This document shows positions 32,117 through 47,453 of a stretch of DNA of 64,000 bases, piece after piece (within the stretch, counting starts at the first letter, position 1; the number at the start of each line of letters is the position of its first letter). Below the pieces are notes generated by a model, which saw only the letters and a list, made by a program, of their open reading frames with translations, did not search any database and had not been told where the DNA came from. Made by a program: the position numbers and the translations under genes. The DNA lies in NCBI RefSeq assembly GCF_009914755.1, contig NC_060941.1; one strand, written 5' to 3'. Origin of the DNA: the human T2T-CHM13v2.0 reference genome, Homo sapiens.

Positions 32117-32430
32117 GTATACATTTCCTATTGCTGTTGTAACAAATTACCATGAACTTGGTGGCTTAAAATAATGCAGTTTTCATTACTTACAGTTTTT
32201 GATGTCAGAAATCGGAAATGGGTCTCACTGGACTAAAATCGAGGTGTAAGCTAGGCAGCATTTATTCTGGAGGCTCTAGGGAAGAATCCTTTCTTTTTCT
32301 TTTTTTTTTGCCTATTACAGCTTCTAGAGGCCACCAGCATTCCTTGGCTTGTGGGCCCTTCCTCCCTGTTCAGACTCAGCAAAGGCAAGTATTGTCCTCC
32401 TCATGTTGTCTCGCTCTGACTTCCTCTTCT
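32117..32430 (-). mobile_element. MLT1-type LTR fragment, truncated at a probable duplication boundary
   Basis: TGTAACAAATTACCA...GGCTTAAA...TCTGGAGGCTCTAGGGAAGAATCC...CATTCCTTGGCTTGTGG. Confidence 0.6.
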
Positions 32431-33707
32431 CCCTCTCCCTTCCTCTCCCCAGGGCCCCACTTCCAATGACTGCCACCTCCCAGGGAGGGGCCAAGCTCAA
32501 AGGTGAAGCAGCCGGGCTCGGTGGCTGACGCCTGTAATCCCAGCTCTTTGGGAGGCTGAGGTGGGCGAATCTCCTGAGGTCAGGAGTTCGAGACCAGCCT
32601 GGCCAACATGCTGAAACCCCATCTATACTAAAAATACAAAAATTAACTGGGTGTGGTGGTGTGCACCTGTAGTCCCAGCTACTCAGGAGGCTGAGACAGG
32701 AGAATTGCTTGAACCTGGGAGGCAGGGGTTACAGTGAGCTGAGTTGGTGCCACTGCACTCCAGCCTGGGAGACAGAGCGAGACTCTGTCTCAAAAAAAAA
32801 AAAAAAAAAGAAAAGAAAAGGTGAGTCAGGGAGGCCAGGGGTGAGGCTGGCGTTGGCCCCCATAGTCATTCACACAAACGGCTCCTTTCTGAAGACAGTT
32901 GATTGCAGGCGTACAATGAGTGGTTAGAAGACAAGTGTCACCAGGAATAAAGTGGGAGCAGGCTGGGGCAGAGGCTGAGTGGCCAGTCATCTCTATTGGC
33001 ATCTCACTCAAGACATGGGCCGGGAGCTGAGGACACTGGAGACCACTTTGTTTCCTCATTGCTGTCAGGGGCCTCTGCTGCCCTCCCCACCCCCACTGCC
33101 CCTGTCAGCTCCTCCACCTCTAGGAATGGGGGTTTACTGCATCCCCTCTCCATGGCCGAGTTCAGGAGCTTCCCATGAGATTCACCCAAAAAGGGCACAG
33201 GCCTTTTCTATCCCATGGGGGCCTGAGGCCAGTATCAGGTGTCGGTCCCTGGTCTCCCCCATCTGCTGGGACCTTTCTCTCCTGCCAGGCTGTTTTGTCC
33301 TCAGCGAGGCCTGCCAGGATGACCAGGTGATGTCACCCAGTCCGCCTGTTCCATCCCCTGGCTCCCCCTCAAGCCCTCCTTCCACTAAAACCACGGGGAT
33401 TTCAGGAATGACCTGGAAAGCGACGCCACCTCTGCAGAAGGGGCCTGTTACGCTGGGCCAGTAAAATGAGCGCCTGGAAAGGGGGGTCCCATCGCCCCTT
33501 TCTTGAAGACGCTGAGGGTCACCACAGAAGGAAAAGGCAGCAGCCCTGGTCCCCAGTGTGAGGAAAAGACCAATAAGCTGGCATCACTCTCTGCCACTCA
33601 ATCTGACTTCATAAAAGCCACCAGGGGCCATTTCTGGGTGGGGGAAGAGGCAGGTAGGAAAAGCCAAGTGCATCGGGCTCCCGGGCCTCAGCCAGAGCCC
33701 AGGCTTA

Positions 33708-34112
<405 letters not shown>

Positions 34113-34399
34113 TCAGTGGAGAACACAGAGCCAGGCCCTGGGCTGGCAGGACACCCCCTCCTCTCCTGGGGGATTGAGAGCTGTGGGTGGGGGCCAGCCT
34201 GGCAGCAGGGCCTCTGAGCTGGCTGGAGATGTTTATTAATCCTGAGCTCCAGAGCTGGGGCCTCTCCGCTGAGCCTGCGCCTGCATGTGCACGTCTGTCT
34301 CCAGACCCATCTGTCCTGGCCCAGCTCCTTCCCTATCTGGGTGTAATCGCCACCGCGCTCCCCTGGGCATGTGGGTGTAACAAGTCCAAACCTTCTGTG

Positions 34400-34692
34400 G
34401 GAGTCGGGCAGGCTCGGCCCCACCCTCAAGGCTGTGCCCTTTCCTCCCAGACTGGTTATGCAAGAGCAGGCATGAGTGTGGTTTTTGTGGGTGCATGCGC
34501 GGCAGGCCTGGGGCCTGGCCGCCTGCTGCCTCACCTGCAAGGAGGGGCCTCCCAGAAACTCCCTTCCCCAATGCCCAGCCGCCCCACCTTGCCAGACTTA
34601 GCTGACCAGCCAGCAAGGACGCCCGCTGCCTCCCACCTGCCCTCCTGCCCTCCTTCACCAGCCAAGCCCAGCCTGAGCCAGCACCTGCCTTT
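34400..34692 (+). promoter_or_regulatory. EVPLL: Envoplakin-derived promoter / 5'UTR of EVPLL
   Basis: GC-rich sequence directly upstream of the EVPL-like exon 1, with CACCC boxes, an E-box CACCTG and several GCATG half-sites. Function is inferred. Confidence 0.5.
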
Positions 34693-34796
34693 ATGACCAT
34701 GTTCAAGGGACTGAGCAAAGGCTCCCAGGGGAAGGGGTCCCCCAAGGACTCCCCAGCCAAGGGGTCCCCCAAAGGCTCCCCCAGCAAGCACAGCTG
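34693..34796 (+). other. EVPLL: EVPLL exon 1, coding for the ancestral envoplakin N-terminus, now a uORF
   Basis: ATG ACC ATG(34699) then FKGLSKGSQGKGSPKDSPAKGSPKGSPSKHS, the envoplakin KGSP repeats. Donor TG|GTGAGT. Splicing to exon 2 creates TG|A, a stop. Confidence 0.85.
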
Positions 34797-35424
34797 GTGA
34801 GTGGGACTAGGGGATGGGGAGCCAGGGAGCTAGGGTGGGGGTGGTGCCAGGCCCAGGTCCTTGAGCCACCTGGCGGCGGCCCAGAGCCCAGGACCAGCCC
34901 CGTGCTGGCATTTGGTGTCCCGAGGACAAAGGGCCCAGGGGTGGACTCTCTCCCTGCCTTGGGAGCCGCAGGCCCAGGCCGAACTTCAGCCCTGGCAGGA
35001 GGCAGGGGATGGCCTGGGGCTCCCTACATCCTCTAAGGGGGCCTGTGGGCCACAGATTGATGCTGCTCAGCGGGAGAAGTGCCGGACAGGAGCCTGCACT
35101 GATGCCCTCCTCTGCCAGAGGCTGGGACACAGGAGAGCCTGGTTGTGTGACTGCAGCTCTGCCCCAAGGCTCTACTTGGCTGGGATGACCCCTGGAGCCT
35201 GGGTGCAGGGCATGAGGACTGAGGGGGTGGGGTGGGATCCCTGGGGTAGGGATGCAGGGGCTGTGCTGCCTCCTGCCTAAGCCAGAGCCCTCCCCAGAGC
35301 TCTCACCCAGGGCCTTGTTGTATTGAAGAGTTAGGGGTTCATGGCTGGGCGCGGTAGCTCACGCCTATAATCCCTGACTTTAGGAGGCCAATGCGGGAGG
35401 ATTCCTTGAGCCCAGGAGTTTGAG

Positions 35425-36069
35425 ACCAGCCTGGGCAACATAGGGAGATCTTGTTTCTATAAAAAAAATAAAAATAAAAAACAGCCAGGTATGGTGGCTC
35501 ATGCCTATTGCTTGAGCCCAGGAGTTTGAGGCTTCAGTGAGCCATGATCACACCACTGCGCTCCTGCCTGGGTGACAGACTGTGACTCTGTCTTTAAAAA
35601 AAAAAAAAATCCTGGTGCAATACCTCATGCCTGCAATCCTACCACTTTGGGAGGCTGAGGCGGGTGGATGACTTGAGCCCAGGAGTTGGAGACCAGCCTG
35701 GGCAACATGACGAAATCCCATCTCTATAAAAAATATACAAAAATTATCTGGATGTAGTGGTGCATGCCTGTAGTCAGAGCTACTTGGGAGGCTGAGGTGA
35801 GAGGATCACTTGAGCCCGGGAAGTCGAGGCTGCAGTGAGCCGTGATCACTCAACTGCACTCTAGCCTGGGTGACAGAGCAAGACCCTGTCTGTTAAAACA
35901 AAACAGAATAGAGCTGGGGCTTCCTTTTCCAGTGGGTGTGGTGCAGGGGGCACTGGGCCTCCCTTGGACCACCCGGTTCTCTGGGGCCCAGCCTCAGCTC
36001 TCTGTGGATGGATTGGGTGGCGCTCTTCCCACTCACTGGCTTCAGCTCATCTGCAGAGGAGGCAGCAGC
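35425..36069 (+). repeat. ~640-bp direct repeat, copy 1 (EVPLL intron 1)
   Basis: Nearly identical to 41086-41725, including the non-Alu tail ...GAATAGAGCTGGGGCTTCC...CTGCAGAGGAGGCAGCAGC. Confidence 0.9.
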
Positions 36070-37750
36070 CCGCCTGGGTCCAGGGTGTCGAGATAAGCTC
36101 AGGGATGAAAAGCTGGTGTGGGAGTGGGGGTGCCCATTACCCCGATAGGGATCAAGGCACCAACAGACACCGAGGCTGGGCGTCTGGGCCGACGGGAAAG
36201 ACAGTGGTTAAGACTCTCAGCTAACACTCTCACTGAGTGACCTGTCCTCCCTGGGGCACCTGAGCCCCACCCAGGGTGGAGTGTGCAGCTCCTGGTGGGA
36301 GCAGCCATCCCAGGAGGCGGGACCTGAGCAGGAGTGCCCAGGGCCCAGCACCTGCAGCTCCCACTGTCCAGGCAGGCTCCCCAGCAGTGTGCTCCTGGCC
36401 TGGGGCAGCTCAGTCCTCAGGGCCCTGTTGGCTCTGGATCACCTCACGTGCGATCCACTCGTTTGACATGAACTTACTGAGCACTTACTGCATGCCAGGA
36501 CTGTTCTAGGCACTGGAGATGTCGCTGTAGACAGAACCAACAGGCCCCTGCCTTCAAGGCACTAGCCCTCTAGTGGGATAAAAACTAACACGTGCTGGGT
36601 GCCGACTCTGCACCAGGCCTGCACTGGATGTTTCAGACAGATAAATTCAATTAATGCTCACAATAGCCCTAAGGCATAGATATTTTTATTAAAATCCTGC
36701 TTTACGAGTGAGGAACCTCAGGCACAGAGAGGTTGAGTAACTTGCCCAAGGTCACACAGCATTAATGATGGAGAAAGATGAAACCAGGCTGTCTTGGCCA
36801 CAGAGTTCTTCCAGACTGCTGTGCCTTCACCAGCACTGTCCCGTTGCCTGGGGGGGCCCATCCTTTGACCCAGTTCAAGGCTTCCCCTGCCCCAGGATAA
36901 TGATCCCCCATAAGGCACTGTGCTCATAAGGCTTGGACCAATCTGCCCTCTTTTAGGTCTGCTTGGCCTTGTGACCTCCACAGAGTGACTGCATGCACAC
37001 AGCAGGTGCTCTATGGAGGCTGCAGGGCGAATGCACAGAAAAAGCCCTGGGGTGGAAGCAAGGTTTCCCCTCCGTCCCTGACCACGTAACTCAGAGCAAG
37101 TTAGGGCACAATCTGGGCTTTGAACCCTCAACTCTGGAGAATGTTAGGGTGCCCAGCAGTCTCTTGCGCCTGCCCCCGCTCCCCGACTCTGACAGTGTGA
37201 GGCTCCTCTAGACGGCTGCTGAAGCCAGCACTCTGGCAAAGCTCCCTGGGGTGGAGGAGGTATAGGGGAACACAGGGCTGGAGTGGGAGGAGGTGGGGGT
37301 GGGGGGCATGCTGCTGCCTCCCTGCCCCAGCCAGCCCAACTGCCCCTCCCAGGGCCCAGCCAGGCTGGCTCAGGTACTACCGGCTCACAGGGGGGAAGTG
37401 GCAGGCAGCTGGGTGGGGTCGGGAACTCACTGCCAGCACAGCTGGCTGAGGCTGGGACACCGAGGCCGCCTGACACCCAGCACCACACAGACCTGAGACC
37501 CTCACCTTTTGACCCCTCATGTGGCGGGGCAGTGCTAACACCCCCAACCAGGTCTAGCTCACAGAGCCTCCTGCAGAGAGAGACCCCAAAGTCAGGGCAG
37601 TGTGCTAGGCTGTGGGGGCGGGATGGGGTGGAGAGAGGGCAGGGGACGCCACCTGGATGGGGCACAGAGGGGCCTCTTCCACCGAGCTGCCCACTGTCCC
37701 CTCCACCCACCAAGAATGCCACCCAGGAGCTGACCCTGCTCATCTCCCAC

Positions 37751-37813
37751 ATGCAAGCCAGCGCCGACCAGGTGGAGCGGGACATCCTGGAGACGCAGAA
37801 GAGGCTGCAGCAG
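37751..37813 (+). CDS. EVPLL: EVPLL exon 2 coding part (exon 37715-37813)
   Basis: MQASADQVERDILETQKRLQQ, donor CAG|GTGAG. Confidence 0.85.
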
Positions 37814-38119
37814 GTGAGAACCCGGCAGCAGTTGGCAGGGTGTGGGCAGGCTGGGTGGCATGGGAGGCCCATCATCAGGCCTGGCACTCCCTGAGTGCCC
37901 CCTGGTGATGGTGAAGATGGGACAGATGACATTTGTCCTGCACCGCCTGTCCCCTAACACACGGTGGGAGAGAGGGCTCAACTTCCTTCTTTGCTGGGCT
38001 CCCCTGTGTCTTTGTCACCTGCCTCATGGACGCCCTGGGCCTGACCCTGTGCCTGGCGTGGGCCTCGAGGTTGGCCAGCATAGCTGGGGTCCCAAAGGTG
38101 GGGCTCAGGCCCACAATGA

Positions 38120-38335
<216 letters not shown>

Positions 38336-38392
38336 TGAGTGGGGCTGCGGCAGGGCTGGGGGTCCCTGGGGAAGACCCAGGCCCAGCCCTGA

Positions 38393-38599
<207 letters not shown>

Positions 38600-39306
38600 T
38601 AACCCAGGGCCTGACTGTAGGCTTGAACAGTCAGTGTATAGTGGTGTCTCAGGGGTCTGGGCAGGGAGACAGCAGAGGAGACAGTGCAGTCAGGGAAGAC
38701 TTCCTGTAGGAGGAGGCACATGAAGAGACCTCAGAGGGGTGAGAGGGCTCGGTTGGGTCAGGGTGAAGTAGTGAGGAGAGGACAATTCCAGAAAGAAGGA
38801 GCAAAGGCACCTGCCAGGAGGAAGCCTAGGATTCGATGGGAAGTGGGGATTTCTGGCCAGGTGGGCAGAGCCAGGACATGGGGCATTCTGATCCCTGGTT
38901 GAGGAGTTGTGCTTTGATGCCACACAGAAGGGGTGTCATCATGACAATAGAGGAACAGTGGGGAAGGGCCCGGGTGCAGCAGGGCGTTCTGAGGGCCCTA
39001 GAGCTTGGCTGGAGGTGTCCAGGCAGGAAGCACTGAGGCTGGGTCACAGACAAGGCAGGATGGAGCTGGAGACTTCTGAGGCTGAGCCCAGCGTCTGGGA
39101 ACCAGTGGGACTCAGGGGCCACTGCAGAATGGCCTCTGCAGTGGCCACCCTGCAGAGCAGAATGGCTCACCCTGGGTGAGCTGCAGGGCGTGCACCCGGG
39201 CTGCTCTCAGGCTCGTCCACGCTCTGCCCAAATGACCAAGTCCACTTCTCCGGGTGGGAGACGTGTGGGGTTCTCTGGCTCTCCACCCTGGTCCTGTGGT
39301 GACTGA

Positions 39307-39456
<150 letters not shown>

Positions 39457-39638
39457 TGAGCCGGGAAGATGTTACATCCGGGGCCAGCCCCAGCCCCTGT
39501 TTTTCCAGTCAGAGCCGGAGCTAGATCGGCTGGGCCCTGGGGATAGGGGTGGGTGGGGTATGGCTTGCCCAGATCTTAGGGGGCCGTCTCCCTGTGCCCC
39601 ACCTCTCACGGGCTTGTTTCTCCCCTTGGTCAAGGCAG

Positions 39639-39677
39639 GATGCCGCCACCATCCGGAGCCAATACCGAGACCTACTG
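39639..39677 (+). CDS. EVPLL: EVPLL exon 6 (39 nt)
   Basis: Ancestral frame reads DAATIRSQYRDLL. Boundaries CAG| and |GTGAG. Confidence 0.85.
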
Positions 39678-39761
39678 GTGAGCAGGAGGGAGGGTCGGGC
39701 AGGGTGGCTGCAGGTGGGCCTGGGTGGCCGCCCGGACCCTGCCCGGGGCCAGTGTTCCTGA

Positions 39762-40496
<735 letters not shown>

Positions 40497-41085
40497 TAGA
40501 CAGAGCTGGCAAGTCGCGGTGGCTCACACCTGTAATCCCAGCACTTTGGGAGGCTGAGGCTGGCCGATCACTTGAGGTCAGGAGTTCGAGATCAGCCTGG
40601 CCAACATGGTGAAACCCTGTCTCTACTAAAAATACCAAAATTAGCTAGAGGTGGTGGCACGCGCCTGTAATCCCAGCTACTCAGGAGGCTGAGGCAGGAG
40701 AATCGCTTGAACCCAGGAGGCGGAGGTTGCAGTGGGCCGAGAATGGTCCACTGCATTCTAGCCTGGGTGACAAAGAGGGACTCCACCTAAAAAATAAAAT
40801 AAAATAGAGCTGTGTGGTTGCCACTCGGTCCCAGAGGGAAGGAAAGGCATGGGCACATTCTCAACAGGGTGAAGCCGTTCCCAGGGGGGTGAAAATTCGT
40901 TCTTAATGGCAGAAAAGTAACTGTTTTTATGCATGAAGTACAGATCCACATACAGCACCTAAGCTGTATACAGCATATCTGTGGTATAAATATTTCATGG
41001 GGGCCAGGTGTGGTGGCTCACACCTGTAATTCCAGCACTTTGGGAGGCCGAGCCAGGAGAATTGCTTGACCCCAGTAGTTCCAGA

Positions 41086-41725
<640 letters not shown>

Positions 41726-42828
41726 GAAAGATGGGTAGAAAGAGATGGGGGAGAGACAGAGGAGGCTGAGAGGGAGAGGAGGATGGAGAGAGCAGAGAGA
41801 GAGAAACAGAGATGGGGAAAGGGGCAAGAGATGACAAGAGAGACAGAGAAGCCAGAGAGGCAGAGGGGGAGAAAGGGAGAGAGGGAGAGAGAGACAGAGC
41901 AGGAGGTCGGGGCACTCTGGGTCCCAGTTTCCGGTGCAGTTGTAGGTCACCATCACCTAACTGCAGGTGCAATAAAGCCCTCGTGCCTGCTGCTCGCAGC
42001 CCCTGAGAGTCCTTCCTCCTGGAGAATAAAACCTTTGAGGGCTGCCCTTCCTCACTGGATTTTGGTTGTTTCTAATGAACTGAGTCATCCTGTCTATCAC
42101 CTTCCTGGGCTCATGGCTCCACTGAACGCTGCCCCCTCGGTTCGGGAGGACCAGTGGTGCCCCCATCTCACCAGGCTCCCAAGGAAGCTTGTGACCTTGG
42201 CTTGGGCCCAAAGTAGCCGGGTACCCACTGGGGCTCTGCTTCTCCCTTCACTAAGAGAAGAAAGAGACCAAAGAATGGTCTGCACAGAGGGCACCTGTGC
42301 AAACACCCAGGGAACCAGGGAGTTGAGCCGTCTTCATTTCCTAACAGATACATTCCCTTCTGTGCCTCCTTAATGAGGGCATGAAGCACAGTATGCGTGT
42401 GTCCAGCTGTGTGCAAAGGCATGTGTGTGTGCATGTGTGTTGTGGGAGCATGCAGTAGGCAGCAAGGAAAGGGCAGCTCCTGCTCAAAGCTGCAAGTCTC
42501 TCTGAAGGAAAGATCAAGATTCCCTGGACCACAGCAGGACAGTGTTTTCATTTGCATCCATTTTTATTAGCATTTAAACCTGTATCTTGAGTAGCATATA
42601 AACTTTAAGTTGGTTAACTGTTCTTACAAGCATTTACACAGTAAGATAAACATATGATAATATACACTGAAATTATGCACCCTGCACCCCGCCGTCCCCA
42701 CCCTGGCCAGAACTATCTTGCAAACCTACACCCAGCAAAAGATCCCATAGTGCACTTTGGGAGGTATAGACAGGAAGCCTGAGTCTCCATCGCTCATTCC
42801 ATCTTTTCACCAGCTGTGGGCTACCAGG

Positions 42829-43238
42829 CTGCATTGGTTTGCTAGGGCTTCCTTAAAGTACCACAGACTGGGCAGCTTCAGCAACAGAATCTCACTGTCT
42901 CACAGTCCTGGAGGCTGTAGGTCCAAGATCAAGGTGTCGGCAGGGAAAGTCCCTTTCCAGGGCGGTGCGGGAAGGCTCTGTTCCAGGTCTCTCTCCTGGC
43001 GTGTAGGTGGCCTTCCCGGTGTCTCTTCACCTGGTCTTCCCTCTATGCATGTCTCTGTGTCCAAATTTGCCCTTTTATAAGGACATCAGTCATATTGAAT
43101 TGGGCACCCCCTACTGATCTCATTTTTCATTTTAACTTATTTCCATAAGACGCTGTCTCCAAATAAGATCACATTCTCAGGCACTGGGGCTAAGGACATC
43201 AACATAGGAATTTCAGGGGACAAATTCAACCCACCACA
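42829..43238 (-). mobile_element. MLT1-type MaLR LTR
   Basis: AAAGTACCACAGACTGGG...TCTCACAGTCCTGGAGGCTG...CCAAGATCAAGGTGTCGGCAGGG...AATTCAACCC. Confidence 0.7.
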
Positions 43239-43700
43239 TAGGCCCTCCCTGAGGCCACCTCTGCGTCATCTTTGTCTACAGGCAAGTTGGCATCTAAAAA
43301 GTGTCTGCCCAAGACATGCGTCTGGCCCATGGTACAGCCAGTCCACACGGCCAATGGTGAAATCCGGGTGGCATTGTTTCCTCACCGCCATGCCTCATGC
43401 AAGCAGCTGCCTTCTTATAACGGTGGACACAAATCCCAGCACTGGTGCAGTTGCTTGCCGGCTGTGGGTGAAGTAGCCCCATGTCAGTGTGCTGCAAAGA
43501 TGCAGCTTAGAATGTTACGGCTTGTGTGAAAGATACGCAGATTTCTATTCCTTCCAATCTGTGGTTTCAAGTTCTGCTTGAACCCAAGGGGCTCTATAGG
43601 GTGCTTCTGGAACAGCCGGGGTGTTAGGGGTGCTGAAAAGGTGTTAGGGTGCCTAGGCTCAACCCCAGCTTCAATCACACAAATAATCTTGTTGACATGA

Positions 43701-43952
<252 letters not shown>

Positions 43953-44257
43953 TGATCTGCCCGCCTCGGCCTCCCAAAGTGCTGGGATTACAGGTGTGAG
44001 CCACCGCGCCTGGCCTGGTCAGTTTTTTAATTGATCTTTTGTATAATTTTTTTGTTTAAGAAAGGGATCCTTTGGCAGAAAGAAAATCTGAAACTCTAAA
44101 TACTGTCCATTTTATCCATATATTGGTCATACCCCCAAAATATATCCTGATTCCAGCCATTTGTCATGACCGCTTTAATCTGAGCTCCCTTCATTTTTCA
44201 CCTGGATTACTGTACCAGCCTCCCCAATGGCCTCCCTGGTGCCACCTGGCCCCTCCC

Positions 44258-44489
44258 CAGGGCTCAGCAAGATTTTTCTGCAAAGGACCTGGTAGTAAGC
44301 ATCTTGGGCTTCGTGGACCCTGTGGTCTTTGTTGCACCTACTCAGCAGTTACTCAGCTTTCCACTGCAGCCCCAAAGCAGCCCCAGACAAGAAGTGAACA
44401 CAGGGGAGGAACTGTGGCTCCAATAAACCTTTATTCACAGTAGGAGGGGGGCTTCATCTGGATTGTGGGCCATAGTTTGCCCACCCCTG
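44258..44489. mobile_element. MER58A-like hAT-Charlie element
   Basis: Terminal inverted ends CAGGGCTCAGCAAG and GGCCATAGTTTGCCCACCCCTG. Confidence 0.65.
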
Positions 44490-44825
44490 CCTGACCTCAT
44501 GACAACACTGACCTTCGTATTTATGCCTCTTAAAAACATGTGTAAGCCGAGTGCAGTGGCTCATGCCTGTAATCCCAACACTCTGAGAGGCCGAGGCTGG
44601 AGGATTGCCTGGGGGCAGGAGGTCCAGACCAGCCTGGATAACACGGCGAGATCCTGTCTCTACAAGAAACCATTTCAAAAGCAGCCAGGCATGGGGGCCC
44701 ACACATGTAGTCCCAGCTATTCAGGAGGCTGAGGTGGGGAGGATTGCTTGAGCCTGGGAAGTCAAGGCTGTAGTGAGCTGTTTTGGGCCACTGCACTTCA
44801 GCCTGGGTGATGGAGCAAGACCCTG

Positions 44826-44880
44826 TCTCTCTCTCTCTCTCTCCATATATATATATATACATATATATGTATATATATAT
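44826..44880. repeat. (TC)n(TA)n compound microsatellite
   Basis: Seen directly at the tail of an Alu. Confidence 0.9.
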
Positions 44881-45035
44881 AAAATTTATTTATAGTGTGT
44901 GTAATGGTTGTCTACAAGGCACACCTTTAATTAATCACAGCCAACCCTCAAATAATACCCATAGTGTAGGACCCTTACAACGTTACACTCCCAACTCTTC
45001 TCCCCACCCATCTTTTGTTTTCTTTCTTTCCACAG

Positions 45036-45065
45036 ATTCTGTGTCCATCTTCCTCTCCTCATTGA
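45036..45065 (+). CDS. EVPLL: EVPLL exon 10 coding part (exon 45036-45105), non-EVPL C-terminus ILCPSSSPH*
   Basis: Strong acceptor TTTTGTTTTCTTTCTTTCCACAG|, donor CAG|GTGAG at 45106. Gives a total ORF of 292+9 = 301 aa. Confidence 0.7.
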   Translation: MLCPSSSPH

Positions 45066-45558
45066 CTCTGCATGAAGGGGATTTCTGGTGGAGTAAGGGT
45101 AGCAGGTGAGAAATGAAGTACCAAGAAACTAGCAAAGGGTCTTCTGGTTGTCTGGGGACAGTCCTCCTGTCATCCCCAGCCTAGTCTCAAGGGTTCTGGG
45201 CCGGTCACCCTGCTGCCTCTGTGCTGTGTCTCTGGATCTGGCCTCCATGGGAAGGACCCTGGGAGACCCAGCAGAGTGGGGTACCTGGGTTGACAAACAG
45301 CTTCCTGTTCCTCTGGCTATGTGGCTCAGGAATAGGCCCAGACAGTGCATCCAGATGTGTGAGGCCACATCACTGCCCCCTTTGAGATGGCCCAGAGGAC
45401 CTTGTGGCACAAGCGTGAAGCTCAGCACCCGGAGCCTGGGACAAACTGCCCCTCCCTGTGTCCTGGAGTTGGGGTCCGGTCCCGAGAAGACTCTCAGTCA
45501 CCTGTGGGTGCTGATGAGGGGAGGGAGAGGTCTGTGGACTGAGAAGGGCCATTGGTAG

Positions 45559-46465
<907 letters not shown>

Positions 46466-47453
46466 TTCATGCCTTTTTGAACTCTCTAATGTTAGATGGT
46501 GTTTTTGAGGCTATCTGAAAATCTCTGATAGTTGTGTCTTTTGTTGTGGTTGTTTGTGTGATTGAGTTACCACCACCAAATCAACTGTTATTGGAAACAT
46601 TTCAGGTATGGCTTTTAGAAGACCTGGACCTACTCTTGCCTGTTTTGACCCTCCAGTTTATTGTGGAAGGAAGTATCATGTGGTTTCATGTCTCCGGCAG
46701 ATCAATCACTTTCCTCCATCCATAGCAGGGAGGAGTCATGGCACCCCAGAGGGATGAAATACTTCTCCCCAAGTATTTCTTATTCTGTCTCTTCCTCTCT
46801 CTCATTCCCTGCTCCACATCTCTTTCTGTCTCCTTTTCCAGTTCTCTCTCCCTCCTCATCTCACTGCATGCCACTGTTCAGGCTCCTGGGGCTCCACGTG
46901 GATGGGCGGACACGGGACTCCTAGGCTAAGTTTCACGGCACAAGCACAGGGCTGCAGGACCTAGGTCCCCCACCTCCCAGCACCCTCAAAATGAGAGGTG
47001 TGGGGTGTGCCCGTGTTCTCCTGGGTGGGCGCCCCACGCTCCAGGAAGCAGAAACTGCAGGACAAAGCTGACACAAGTGACATGCCCACGTGGCTGCCAG
47101 CTTCCCTCTTGGGATCTGCTGAGGCCAAAGCAGAGGACACCTGCCCACAACCGACCCCGCACCAGGGTGGGGGGAGGGGTGGGTTTGGGGGTGGGAATGG
47201 GGATGGGAACAGCCACTGCAAAGCAGTCCCTGGCTGGCTTCCTGCCCTGCACCCTGTCATGCAAGGCCTCTCCTCCCGCCCCACCCCTGCCCCTCACCAC
47301 CTCCACCCCTAGGCTGTCCAAATCCAGGCTCCAGAAGTCTCCCAGGATCCAAGAACTAAGGGCAACCACTGGGCTCCGCAGCCCCTAGTCCATGAGTCAG
47401 CCACCCCTCTGCATGCTGACAAACCTTGGCTATCACTTATCCTCCACCCCAAA

